The notes under the pieces are model-generated. The model did no database searches. It saw only the letters and a program-made list of their open reading frames with translations, and was not told where the DNA came from. Below are positions 23,951 to 37,928 of a DNA stretch of 64,000 bases, piece after piece; the first letter of the stretch is position 1; each line of letters starts with the position of its first letter. Origin of the DNA: Iphione sp. A-MEVVRFRX5 (lineage: Eukaryota); contig OZ320314.1 of NCBI GenBank assembly GCA_976226885.1, positions 67,332,001-67,396,000 of the forward strand, read 5' to 3'. The translations under genes were made by a program, and so were the position numbers.

Positions 23951-25876
23951 CGTGGCTATAGCCTATTGCTGTTCCATTACATTGCCCACTGCTCTAGGGG
24001 GGCCGTCCGCCCGACACCCAATAAAACCAATATTGACTGTAGGAAACAGGTCATTTTCGGCCTCCTGGACTGGTGTGCCGTGGGAGCTGACTTATGAATA
24101 TTCTTGGCTCATAGCAAGCTGTAGTGACTCCTATCCTCCGGGCGAGAGGAGTAAACGTCGGGACCTTACGAGAGGAATGACCGAGAAATCAAAGTGACGT
24201 GGTGTTTGCTTCATGCTGGCTGTACCCCAGGGATGCCAAGCAGGAATGTGTGCCTCGATGTCATCATTAGAGAAGTTCTGGATCAAGAGCCCAGGTCAAC
24301 GCATTGGCCTGTCGCTATCACGTTAGAGAAGAAATCAGGATCCATAATCATTCTTATGTTTCACGTCAACCTCGTCCCTTGACTTCTCGTCACAGGTAGC
24401 ATCCATTGTTCATACATATGTAACTACAGCGCCTGCTGTCGGGCTGATTCCTAGCAAATGAAGGTATTTGTTTCCATTAACGACAAGCCTCCCACCAGAA
24501 TACGGTGGTCACAAAAACTACAGGAACGGTCCTCTTCTTCCCTAACTGTGTAACAATTAAATGGGCCTTTTCATCGTAGGAAACAGAACTGGCAGGAGTC
24601 ATACTGCAGGAAGTCAATGAGATCAGAAAGAAACCTCCCATCTGGGCTACTGTCGAGTGACATATGCTAACTAACCTTGAAGTAGACCAAGCATGTAAAA
24701 TGATGTGCGCGATGAATGGTCATCGATCCAGGAAAATAAAAATAAAACTCATTTTGTAGAGCTGGGGACAAAACCTCACACGGGTACTAGACAGAGACTG
24801 CACAGAGTGGAAATGTCGACACCGGGAAGAAATGCTCAAAAACCGCACAGTTGACGTGAGTTGGCAGCAAACGGCGACTGCGTACAGTCACCAGCCGGCG
24901 GCACACGTGATGAGTCCCGATACGGAAATCCAGCTAATCTGCATATTCATGGCAGAGCTTAAGCTGTGTATCGACCAAACGTCACTCTTCACCCGAGGGC
25001 CTTGTCTGCCAGGCTCCAGCCGAACCGCTACCATAGCAGGAGGCGCCTGCGATTGTAGAAGTGGCTCAAATGCGTTAAATACAAATTAAGCCCAAGCAAA
25101 CTTCACTAAATTGGTGTTTTAACATAAGTTACTTTTAGAGTCCGTTCTTTAAAAGCATTCAGAGGCATTAACTGTCATCAGCATTAACAGCTAAATATAA
25201 ATTGGTAAATGTCGCGGTGGATGTCCAGCACCTACAAAGACAGTAACACGAACTGCTCGAACGGAATAGCAAATGTTAATCGCAGAATTCCCTTACATGG
25301 TTAATCTCACCATCAGATGTTCTTTCTACAATGCCAAATAATATTCACAAAGTAAAAAAAAGTCTGGGAAAGTTTGATAGGTGTACCTACTCAGTAGGAC
25401 TTGCAGTTCACGAGTTATAGGCAGGTATTTTGGTCACATGGTCGACCTTGTTTCGGACGAATGGACATCAAGTCCCCATATCAGAGGGAGAGGAGAGACA
25501 ATCGATACTGTAGTCATGAAAATGGAGGGGGGGGGGTTGGACCAGGTTTTCATACGTTGCGCAGATAGTGATACATCTCCACTTGGACTTTAAAGATCGC
25601 CCTTGAGTTTATGTAAATTAACATGCTCCGACGTCTTTTCTTCACACTAATAGTACTCAAAAGAGATTTTGCCTCTATTTTTTTCCAGAGACTCGCGGTG
25701 AACTGAACATAGGTATTTAAGACGTTTGTTTTGGTTAGGGCTAACAGTTGGTAAAAAGGTATGATGGCCATCTATGAAATTCCGAGTTCCCCCCTTAAAA
25801 TGCAACCTATAAAGAATCACTGAGTGGATTCTATACTTTGCCTGTGTACCTACCGAATATGTGCTTTTGTTTGCAG

Positions 25877-25964
25877 GTATTCTTTTAGTAGTGGCTATTG
25901 GTGTTGCTCTCGGAATTGCCTTCGGGGGCATCATGCTCGTCTTCGTCGTGCTTTATACAAGAAG
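25877..25964 (+). CDS. Host receptor gene, transmembrane exon (GILLVVAIGVALGIAFGGIMLVFVVLYTRR)
   Basis: tttgtttgcag acceptor, GTACGG donor at 25965; phase 1-2. About 26 hydrophobic residues followed by basic stop-transfer residues. Confidence 0.85.
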
Positions 25965-26170
25965 GTACGGCCAGAAATTTTAAAAGGACCCAATGTCTGT
26001 AGTGTTATATGAATGTTATCCACCTCCTCCTTTATATAGATTGTATTTGAAGCCTCATGTCCGTTCAAATGAGCTATTTGAGTTCTCAAAGAAACTTCAC
26101 ATCGATCCTATATGGGTACTGTCTTAATTGGCTGTAATCATCATAACCATGAGTGACCCTCTACTACCAG

Positions 26171-26510
26171 ACACAGGCGGAGGAACTCTCCAGTGGTAGG
26201 GGAGCCGGAACACAGTCAAGTGCTCGAAAACAAGCCGATTGTGCCGACCGGAAGTGCCCTGCCGCTGACGTTCACGCCGTTTGAGACGGCCACCGTGCGC
26301 TTAGCGGCGTGCCCACAGGCCACGTGCCCCTCACCAGCCATGCCGGGCTACGCTGACCCCCCGCGGGATGTTCCTGATACCATGGATACCATCGGAAACA
26401 GCATGTTACGGCAGGAGCCAAACTATGGCAGTAGTGGTGTTACTACCGGTTTCTCCAGCTTCAAACCAGCCAACCGACAACATATTTATGAGAGCCCTCA
26501 CTTTCAGTGA
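26171..26510 (+). CDS. Host receptor gene, last exon: cytoplasmic tail ending ...QHIYESPHFQ*
   Basis: ctactaccag acceptor; phase 2 gives RHRRRNSPVVGEPEHSQ... in frame with ORF 26193-26510; TGA stop at 26508-26510. Confidence 0.8.
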
Positions 26511-29500
26511 TCCCCTCTCCCTGGATTCGGGGGAGTAGATGTATATCATATATGTATATCGTACCGACGTCGTACAGTAAACGATAATCGTAACTGGCCA
26601 TTTTCTGTCTCAGCGGAATCCATCAGATGGCGTCCTAGGCGGTTTTCAGGGTACCCGGACACGAAAACGTTTCCAGGACGGTAGTGAGCGATATATTGAC
26701 CATGGCCAAACCAGACGTCCCCTTTAATATTGTTCATTTTCTTATCGCGTTTACCGTAATACCTTCTCCCAATCTATTCATAAAACACATTATGTAAAAT
26801 GTGCGATTGTGATCTGTGATATCAACTGCAGTCTCTCAGCATGGTGGACTACGGCAGTACGAGCAAGAAGATTATTATGTCGCCCTTTTGGCCAAGAACG
26901 TAGAGGTTTTCCCAAGGATAACCGTCAACCAACAACTGTTTTCACGAAACTCCTCTTCGCTACCACAGATTTCCTCTTTGTCACCATAAACCTCTGTGTT
27001 AATTATACCGTCGGTCTGTCATTCGATGTAGTTCATTACCTACTGTACCTCAGTGTTTTCCTGCATTTGAGCCATCGGGTTTAAAAGGGTAATACATGTT
27101 CAACTGTAAGTCTACGCATTCCTCTGATGGCTCTGGCCTTTTGTGTGAGATATGTTATAAATGTCCAAATAATCCGTTTAATTTCAATCCGACATTTTCG
27201 ATAACAGAAACACACTTTAACCATTTTAGAAGTAGGTCCAATCATAATCGTCAAGTCTATGATTATACACTTTATGTAACTGATCGACAATAAATGATTT
27301 AAAGGAATACGCCCCGTGTACATAAATGTGCGAATGTATTTAGCATTATTACAACGTTTTACTCTCAGTCATGAACTGACTCGAAATTGAATTTGGATGG
27401 TAGAGCATCTGGTGGAATACTTCGGCACTACTATAGTCTTCTGAAACCTAAACAGCAAAGTGTATTCACCCTCATTTGTAGTACAGGGTAATATTTTAAT
27501 GGGGCCATACATTAGAAAGCATCTTAAAAAGGCATCGTTGGTTCTTTTTTTAAAACCATCCCTAATCGAATTATGTCCTTAGTGTTCTTAAAATCTAGAA
27601 AACAATCTGTTCTTTCTAAACGCGTCCTTATTGTAGGAATGTCCCTGTTCTAGAAATGCCTGTGAGGTGGCTTTCCACAGATCGTAACCAGTCCTACATT
27701 TCCATATACTACTTACACAATTTTTATTGACTACTCGGCACCCGCTATTCCTTTGGCCTTCGTTACTTAACCTTTTGTGATTTTTAGGTGAGCTATTTTT
27801 ATTCGTTTGTCATTAATCTTTTCTTTCTGAATGGGACGGGAAGAGAGTCAATTACATTAAATGTCCAACCGTAAAGCTAATCAGGCATATGAATCATGGG
27901 TAATTTAGGAAAGGCAGATTGCCACTGACATTTCACTAACAAGTCAATTACGTGAATTTTAAAAGGGAAGGCCCTTATTAGTCTTAATCACAATAATAAA
28001 GATTAGTATCCGATATTTAGATGGCAAAAGGGGTATTTTAAAGTGCATTATGCTAAATTTGAAATGCTGTCGATCAATTGTGTGTGCATGCATGCCACTA
28101 TTGTGTATGTGTGCGCGTGTGCGCGCGTCATCTGATGAGGTCTGTGCTGTCTGTGTCAAAGGACTCTGATGCGTTTAAAAAGATTGAATCCATGAAATCC
28201 AGTTGGGTTACGCCTAATTTATCACGGCAAGTGCTGGGCGCAAATAGGGAAATATAAACATATGCTACGTATGTCATTTATCCTTGGCGTCTACATCAAA
28301 ATCTTCCAGTTGCAGTTTCTTGCTACACCCGTCAGATGGCACCTCGGGTTGTGCGAGCGAGTAGGAGCGCGTGGGGGTGGGCTGTCCTCTAAGTAAAATG
28401 GTGTGTAAATCATTGCTCTAGTACAGAAGATGGTCCCGCCAATACCTGACGTCGGCGGAAAGCAACTTAATATCTTGGTGGATGATAGAGGATAGGGAAA
28501 AAATAAAAAGAACCGCCCCAATCAGTAGGCATTTATCTGCCTTGCAAGTGAAATGCTTGAAGCTTCTTTAAAGAATGCTGGTATGGGTGCATTATGCACA
28601 CGCAATGTTCCTAATAGTTTTGCCTATGTTACATCATGCAATCCCGAAATTATTCCCTCGACCCCAATTTGAAAAGTTTATTTAGGTGTGCATTAACATA
28701 CCTCAAGTCGAATTGCTGTTAATTTGTTCCATGTTACAAATCGCCCCAAAATATATCCGTTATGAACTGAAATGCATAAATGTTTTCACTAACATTCCGA
28801 GCGTCGCTTGGTTCCTGATGGTAACTAGAGCTCTGCAATGACCAGTATATATATGCTGTACTTTAGCAGTAGCAATCTGACATAATATGGAATACTTTTG
28901 GATCATAACAAGAACTGATGACAGAGGGCACTAGGGTCTATTCCAACCCATCTCAGAGGGAGCCACCGTTTTTTCGTGAGGAACCTCTGCTGCTATATGA
29001 TCTGTGTCCGTTGTATTTACTTATTCCCCTGCTGATTGTCCAGAGCACCTGTTTTGGTAATTAGATTAACTATGAGACATATGTAAATAAAAATATCCCT
29101 TTCCTGATTAATACTGTCGTTTTTGTGTTATGGTAGGGTGGTAAAGCGTTATTGATTATTGATAATTATATTATATGGATATTTAATGCTGTCGATTTGA
29201 AAACGGCTGTAAATATCTGCTCTTAATTAATTTGTACGATAAAAGAGGTTATGTTGAACCATTTCCTATGCAGCCACGTGTGTCATACGCGTGTTGTATT
29301 ATTTTGCTGACAAGTAAGCTATTACTGAGAAAATAATGCTCTTAATTGTTTTACATGTGATTTCCGAAGTATTACTCAAGGACTGTACCATCAGAATTGC
29401 CTTTGGATTTCCATGCCCCTGTAAGAAAACCAGAATAAATTACATAATAATTCTCATAGGAATGACTATAAAGTATATTATATTGTACACGTAGTAGTAC

Positions 29501-32500
29501 TGATGCCTTTTGTCAATAACATAAAAACATATGTAAATTCTGTTTGAATCGCCCCCTCTTATCCAATAGAAACCATGGCGATGATTTTCAATTACTGCTT
29601 CAAGGATAAATGAGGGACTGAGAAAGTCTTGACTGGCAGTCAACGAAGAAATGTGGACGTGTATCCAAAACGCCATCATCGTTCGTCCTATTGGAGTAGC
29701 GGTGACGCAGACACCATACCCAATCACGGTAGTGCTTGCATGCTGTAATTCGTTGGAAGAGACTCGGTAGGTCCCACGCCAGAAGCTTACATGCCCTAAG
29801 CAGGTGACATGCATTATGTCAATGGTCAGCCGGCCTTAACCAAACAGGGTGAAGTAATAGACAGTAAAATATTTGTCTTTCATGTCGTTGTATGCAGCTA
29901 ACATTGCTGATAGTATCTAAGCCTAATGGTAATAACAGTAAAAATATTTGTCTTTCATATAGCTGTAGATCGGTAATCTTTGCAAATATGCTGAAAGTAA
30001 ATGAGTTTTACAGTAATACTGACAGTATTTACTTCTTATATGAAGTCGATGGTTAAACTTTGCACATATGCTGACAGCAACAGAGCCGCACAGTAATAAT
30101 GATGAAGAGAAGGGAGGCAATGACAGAGACGGTCTCGACGAGCTGTCTCAAGCTGATTAGATGCCTACAGGGGGGGAATTAGATGCCATCACTGGCAATG
30201 TTGGGGATCGACAGCTTCCTCGTTTTCCGGGGTTAAATTCATCCAATATCCACTGGCCTTGTAGCCACACGTCTTACTGGGATTTCTGGAAAATCCCCCT
30301 TTCTCGATGAGCAATACAACTCTGAAATACCGAACAGCGAATTTGGCGAGATAGCTTCCGTTGACAAGACCCCTATCTTTTTTACGCAATAGAATAGAAA
30401 CCTGAGGTCCTTATTGCATCATCTGTTTTACAACTTGTGTCAAGGAATAAAACCAAGGATGTCGATAGAGAACCAAAAATAGGTATGTATAGTTGCATCA
30501 ACTCGGTGCGTGTATTAAAATCCAGTATCGATTGGACTATTTTATGAAATCTCTAAATTGATGCCCAAATCTAATCGGCATGATCAATTCCATCGGAATA
30601 TCTTCCAAAAAATCATTTCTAATCAATAACACCTTTGTCTTTTAAACATCTGCAGAATACACATTTTGTCCTTGTTCGAACAAATGTATAGTGGATTCTT
30701 AATATTTGCTACTCCTTGGCTATTGACCCTTTGGGCTGGCAATCCCCTTTTTCCTTTAAGAATAGTCGCATGATTTTAGCGGCCTTCTTCCATAATCTCA
30801 GCAGGCTTCATAATTTTGATGCATTGAGTTTAGCTGTGCATTTGAATAGCTTAATATAATACTTAGCTGTTGCTAATTGAAAGTTTACCCAGGGATTGCT
30901 TCCCAGGCATGTACAGACTGTAGAAATACCAGCCCGCTGCAAGTACACCTTTTAGTGTCTCTATATACCTTACAGTGATCTAAAAGATTGACCAGATCGA
31001 GTAGGAAAAGCTTGATCCTGCAAAAGAGAGCATGAACATGTATCTATGTACATGTCAAGTTGCTGGTTCCAGGTGGTGAAAATGTGGAATAACCTGTCAG
31101 AATCTGGTAAAATCCTTAAAATTGAGCTGACCTCGACTAAAAGAGCAGCTATATAACATCTATAAATGACATCGCTGCCTCCTGACACATGTGTCCCCTA
31201 TATTCTCATGAATGTGTCTTACATGTGTTTGCCTGCTGGTATGTGTAGTATATTCCATCCAACCATTTCTCATGTATTCCATTGTAAGGATAATACTGTT
31301 ATAACTCGTTCTATGTATGTTAGCAGCTTAATAGGAAAGGCCCATGCAAATCTTTTAATGCATCCATTCGCAGCGCTTCCTACATATTCACTCAATTGTA
31401 TGTGTGTCTTAATCCAAAATGTGTTTTTGTCCATAATTGTATAATTGTTTGGCAATACCATGACAATATTAAGCATATTCTCAGACTAAATTCTACAAAC
31501 TGCCATATTCTACCTCGACTTTGTATCTTTTATGTTCACTGCAAGATCTGACAGATTTAATTGTTTACTCTATGAGAAGTGAATACAAAGTTTGAAACTT
31601 GAATCTATTTATAAATACAGTTAATTAGGACAGGCCTACTTCCCTGTCAAAGATTGTGGTCTATTTTCATTTTTTTAAATATAGTTCTTTGACCATTAAT
31701 ACCGCTTCACGAACACATGAAAAACAACACAGAGAAGATTTTTGTTGGATTTGAAGGGCTTCTCTATGTAAAATGCAAGTCAAAAACAGACAGGTTAAAT
31801 TATTCAGTCAAATTCATGTGAATATAATCTATAGTATATAATGTGTATGCCAAGAGTGTTCCCATGAGAGTATCTTGCAAAACAGGATCAGCAAGGTTAC
31901 TGCAAACTATAAAACCCATCCAATCAGTCCAGGACGAGACAAGGAAACAAATGTAGATAGCTAAACCAGTATTACCAGTCTTATTTTCAGCGGCTGAATA
32001 AAAGGTGCACCACCCAACATATCATATTTGATGAAGAAACATCTGTCCGTGCCACTTCAAAGCACTAACACAAACACAAAGATATCAAGAGCATGTTCTT
32101 CACTTTTCGTTAACAGGTGCGTAATCCCCAAAATGCGTTGCTTACTCCCTTCTTCCTTGCGACTGAAACTAACTCAATTATCTCAAATACAGTACCGAAA
32201 AAAATATATGAATCTACGTGCATTAAATCGATTATTCTGTACCCATCACGCAAGTATATGTACACTAACCACCTCTTAGGGGCTCTCCTGAATGTGACTG
32301 GCATCTATATTAGAGAGGTGCTCATACATCGTATCCATACACTCTTTAATACACTTCCCCATATACCTTCAACTGTGATTGATCGCTGAGAGTTCTCTAA
32401 CAGTAATGTACAGTCCTCAGACATTATCTACCATTCAGCCCATGGCCGCACTGGGGTGTTCACCGATCTGCCACTTAAAGCAGCAAAACGCGTGAACAAC

Positions 32501-35500
32501 CACACACACGTACACATCGTTCTAGGCTTATCGAGACAGTATATCACACGGTTTCAAAAAGACGTATTTCCTCCCAAAAGGTATTTAGAAGTTCGTTCCT
32601 TCGACGGAACAAAGTAGTGCCTTGGGGAGCATGTGAAACCAAACTGTTTGGGATTATAGTTCACAGGTGATCCTACAGATGCCTCCACGATACACTGTCG
32701 TTTATCCGGGCAACCGATCGAGGCTCTCATGCAGCCATGCACGCCATATTTAAATTTTACCAAAAAAAAGATCCAGCTATCAAAGGAGATGTCATCCAAT
32801 CTTCTGGAGTAAAAGGGAATGAGATTAAAGTGAGTGTATGCGCCTTCTTAGTTAGAACGACATCAGGAGAAAGCTGTTTTTGTCATTGTCGTTTCAGCTG
32901 ACAAGTGGGCTCATGCATTTGAGTATTAAAATAGTAAAAAGGAAGTTCTTAAAGACACAATGATAGCAGTCTTTTGTCATGGCTACAAGGTACGTCAGTA
33001 CGTGTCAAGTCCGTTCTAGTCCATCAAATGAAACATGTATGCAATTTCTCCTTTTGGTTATCATATCATCACAGTTTTGTGTTGACATCGATGACAAGAC
33101 CTGGACGTCTGTAAATGTGCATCAGACGAACCTCTCCGGCTCGCCTGCCCTTGTCCCCGCGGGCGTCCTGCGGCTTGCCTGCTGTCGTCTGCCAGCCAGG
33201 GCGGTCCAGGTGCCAGGTAGGCAGTCTCACAGCCGGGTGCTTGTCAGTGCACCCTCTTACCGTCATAACCTCCCAACGATGCGAGTTCAGGCATCAAAGG
33301 CTCATCATGTCCAAAGAAATAGCTCAATTATTGCTACTTAGTTTGACAGATCAATCAAGCTTTGCCCTTTTTGTGCACAGTTTTATTGGCTTGGGTACAT
33401 TTTTATCTTATCGCACTGAACCGATGTTTTCCAAACACCTATCATTTTCGCATTATTTATTTGTTTCTTCTTAACCTACCTCTCAAAATTCTGTTCCGCT
33501 CTGTAACAATTTCCCTGCTTTTCCACGGAATGCTCTCATCCACTTCTCAAGTCTGAATAATGTTCTTATACGCTTAATAATGGTTTCGTCACTCGTTTTC
33601 CAATTGATTTCTATTTCGCTCACCTGCACATAATAGAACGCAAAGAAAAATATTCAGCTAAAATTATACTGATAAAATCAACTTTGAGAAGGCTATCGGA
33701 AACTGATCCGCGGTGTGGCTTTCGCCTACGCGGAAAACATTGATGAAAATGCGTAAGATGAACGTCTCCATTAAACTAATGCTGATTTGAACGGATGTCT
33801 TATGGTCATCAGCATTATTTTCCCTTCGTGTGAGAGAAACAATAGACGCACAAAGCATGGGCAGACACAATTTGCATGGGTCTGTCTCTCCGAGCTTCCT
33901 TGGCCAGGCATTTTGACCGAGTACTGTATGTTGGCCGCAGCTTCCAAGATATTCTCATTTCTTTTCTATTTTACCGTGAAAGGATGTATCAACTAGCGAA
34001 TTGTAATAGTATGATATTACCTCATGTATATATCATATCCTTCAGGATTAATTATTATTCTAAATCGCTCAACGCACGTACACAGCGAACCCTCTTGCTG
34101 CTCTTGTCACATTCTACTTTTCAATCACCCGCCATTCAAGACTGTAATTTTCCTCTTTGAATCCTACCGATAAAGCATTTACGACAAAAATACCAAAATC
34201 ATATACATGGGATAATTACCATCAGCTGCGATTATTGCGCCTGGAAGGCAAAAAACTAGTCTAATATAGGAACCTTCGAAAATGGATTACGAATCCCTTT
34301 CTTCGGAGTCAAAAAAACGGGTGCAAATATGGATGGACGTATGAGTACCTGGCTCTTCTGATAAGTACTACGTGTAGCGTTTACAAAGCTATATATGCCT
34401 ACATGTAATACATAAGCTCCGAGGCGTCCGTTTTCAGGAATTAAAGGACGAAGTCGGCTGACTCCTACATAAACCTAACACGTCTGCGGCCTGGGTATTT
34501 TAAGTGGTCGTTTTTTCGAGCACGTTCGATTACTAACAGGTCTAAATGATGTGCAATTATATACACTAAAAATGAAGCAATTTGCCATTGCGGGTACATT
34601 TATTACATAGTACAGCTTATCCTAACTCTTGGCACATTTAAAGATGTATGGGACAGTGTAGGAGTCATACACAAAGAACGTTTTGGTCCTTTTGAGCTTT
34701 TGAATTTTAAGTAAGTGGATTCAGGTATTGTGTAAATTTCAGTCACAATTACTCTTTGCCATTCTCTTAATCATGCTTTGTCCTTGTTAATGAATATTTT
34801 CTCTGTTGCTTCCTTCCTTCCGCACCTTCCCTGCCTCCCCTCCCTCCATGCTTTCACTCCCCCTTTTTTCTACACAAGGTAGGTAAGAGGTGCCCCTCTC
34901 CCACGAATCGACCGAGGCGATGTGTCCGCACTGTGTGAGCCCATCAAACAGACGCTGTTTGTGGACGGCCGGTGAAGGTGCTCGTCACAGATCCACCCTG
35001 ACGGTGAGCAGCTCAAACAGACCGCCTGATTCATCGCGCCAGCCGCCCACAATGGCCTGCTTTATCCATACGAGGGCGTTAAATGTACAATCATCGACCG
35101 TCGCACGCCGTCGAGGAGCCGCACTTCGCAGGGTGAGCTGGCCGCCCTCCCCCACCCCGCAAGGATATCAATAATCGTCGCCGAGAGGATGGTAGGTGTG
35201 GGGGGGGGGGGGGGGCAGACTGTAACTACAACACAACTACCAGGTGACTATTGGTTTCGGTATGTTGACAGAGACTCCCCTGGCCTGTTTTAAGAGCCTC
35301 TGTGGATACCCTGTCCGGAACTAGGGTTTGCACTATGGTAACTGCAGGAAGCAAAGGCAAATGCAACGGTGTGATAGTTCGTACGTGCTGTGAAATAAGA
35401 GACTGTTTACATCAAAAACAAAACCAGGTTAGATTGGCATCTCAATCGAACTCAACGTCAATACGTATATCACCATATGTGAAGAAAATATTCAGTGATA

Positions 35501-36641
35501 TCACATGCCATTGACCCTGATTGTCAATACAGTCAAATATCACACAACAAACAGGCCCCGTCCGCCGCCAAAATAGCCTCTTTCTCATTTGTCTCTATTT
35601 TCAAAATGATTTTGTCAGCTAAATGCAATGTGACATTTTGCATGAACAATATATAGTGTAGCGCCCGCTTCGTATCAGAGACTTAATTCCAATATAAAGT
35701 GAACTGGTTTTATTGCTGAAATATACAACACAAGATCAAGGTGTCAACTGAACTGCCCAGCAGGGCCAACCCTGATATATACCCCTCCCTGCCAATGCTT
35801 GTGCCGCACGCGGCATGTACCCCAATGGGGGAGTCCATAATCCACAATCCACAATCCTCATGCTGCACTGCTGGAATCCACATGCCTCGTGTCGCATGGC
35901 ATACAAGTCAGCCACACGGTGGCCACTACTATAGCATACGTACTTATTGCTTGCAAAGGTCCTACACGATATGTCTTATTCCAGTACTGTTCTCTAGAAC
36001 ATGTAGACGTCAAACCTATATTTATTATTAACTTACCTACCCCAAGTAAGGTAAACGATCGGAAGTAGACAGGTGAAGGCAAGGAGGCAGCCGCAGAATT
36101 GTCGACTGGGTTGGGTAGCAAGAGGAAAGTAGGAGTGCCACAAGTGACACATGACTGTGACTCTGCAACTGATGGCCTGGGCTATCCCTACCACGCCGTC
36201 GGTTACTGACAGAGACAGCCGAGATGTATGGAGTGAAGTTTCTTCTAAGCTGAACCAGGTAATCGATCGTACTCAATAAAGAATTGATGTTGTCACCAAT
36301 CGATTCAGCAACAGGTTCAATTGAAATATCCTAAGAGATCGCCTGTCCAACCACTTTGGACTAGTTTCCATAGATTTCACAGAACGTCAACGTTAACATA
36401 GTCTAATGATCAGATTTGAAGGACATGCCCTCAAAATTAATTACCCCATCACACGCACCGCATATCCATGGGTACAGTCCAACTGTTAATCTATTTAAAG
36501 CATGGGCGCCATCTTTTTTCTGTTTAGGCCTATTTGAGAGACCGTGGCTGTATTTCGCATCCAGCATGGCAACATAGTTGTTGTGGCGGAGGGACGTGTG
36601 AACGGCTGCGCTTGTGATTACATAATATAATAACTTACAAG

Positions 36642-37080
36642 ATGTAGATTACTGTTGTTGGCTGGGTATACTCAATAATGACAGTGAAGATACATTTGAC
36701 AATTCAAAGTACAAGGTGTAGATTTCTGTTGTTGGCTGGGTATACTGAATAATGACAGATTACTGTTGTTGGCTGGGTATACTCAATAATGACAGTGAAG
36801 ACACATTTGACAATTCAAAGTACAACGTGTAGATTTCTGTTGTTGGCGGGTATACTGAATAATGACAGATTACTGTTGTTGGCTGGTTATACTCAATAAC
36901 GACAATGAAGACACATTTGACAATTCAAAGTACGAGGTGTAGATTTCTGTTGTTTATCTGGGTATACTCAATAATGACAGTGAAGACACATTTGACAATT
37001 CAAAGTACGAGGTGTAGATTTCTGTTGTTGGCTGGGTATACTGAATTATGACAGTGAAGACAGGCATTCAACAATTCAAA
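36642..37080. repeat. Composite minisatellite of about 73-bp long units and about 37-bp short units
   Basis: Core agatt(a/t)ctgttgttggctgggtatact(c/g)aataatgac occurs 7 times, with or without agtgaagacacatttgacaattcaaagtac. Confidence 0.9.
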
Positions 37081-37928
37081 ATTGTTCATTGTGCATCGAG
37101 TCTCAGAAGCATGTAAAATTGACTTCATACATGCTTCATGTATGCATGCTGCTATTGTTGTCATAAGTTACTCCTGAGTCTGCATTTCACCAAATCGATC
37201 ATCTTGACTTTGATATGATTGAGACTGTGGCAATGGATATTCCTTTTCAATCTCATTGATTTGCATCAGTATATACAAATCAGTCTTGAAATTTGGGATA
37301 TCCTTGTTGCTCGGTCAAAGAGTTCGAACCTAATGACGGCTGACCTGGTATCTCAGATCGTGTAGTAATGTAATATTTTTATTAGCTATTGTTGTCATTT
37401 GGGGTAGTCTAATTAGCCCTAATTAACCTTAATTAGCCCTGCTTTAAGTCAGATACATTAGCCCATGTCTGGCCATGCTTTAATTGAAATATAGCTACAT
37501 ACTCGTTAAGTATCTATGACATGCACAACTAAAGCACGGCTGCCATCTTTCTTTCTCTTAGGCCTATATCAGTGACCGTGGCTGTATTTTACATACACCA
37601 CAGTAGCAGGGGGTTATTTCACGTTGGTACAATCTGAGAAATGGCTTGCATTGTATTACATTATAGTTTTACTTATTATTACTGATTCTACCAAGTAATG
37701 ACGTATTAAAACATGACGTAAACATAAAAGTATTATTACTAAAAGTGAATATAATCTGAAGTATAATTGGTTGCAGAAATGAAGTGTTTGATCATGATGT
37801 GTTTGATCATGAAATTATCACAATACAATATTAAAAATAATGAAAATAATGTCATCATGAAATACATGTTAAATTAATAAGTGACAATATCTGAAAAGAA
37901 AAAGTAAATCGGTTTGGCATAGAACGCA

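Noticed and set aside
30480-30900. SAM-like pseudogene fragment on the minus strand (ESTIHLFEQ...LIMPIRFGHQ)
   Set aside because: Multiple stops and only a vague resemblance.
32979-35174. CpG-rich patches with 94-120 aa ORFs and splice-like sites
   Set aside because: No phase-consistent gene model or recognisable domain could be assembled; left unannotated.
36642-37080. Repeat array resembling a CRISPR
   Set aside because: The intervening segments are themselves repeated, there are no unique spacers or cas genes, and the context is eukaryotic.
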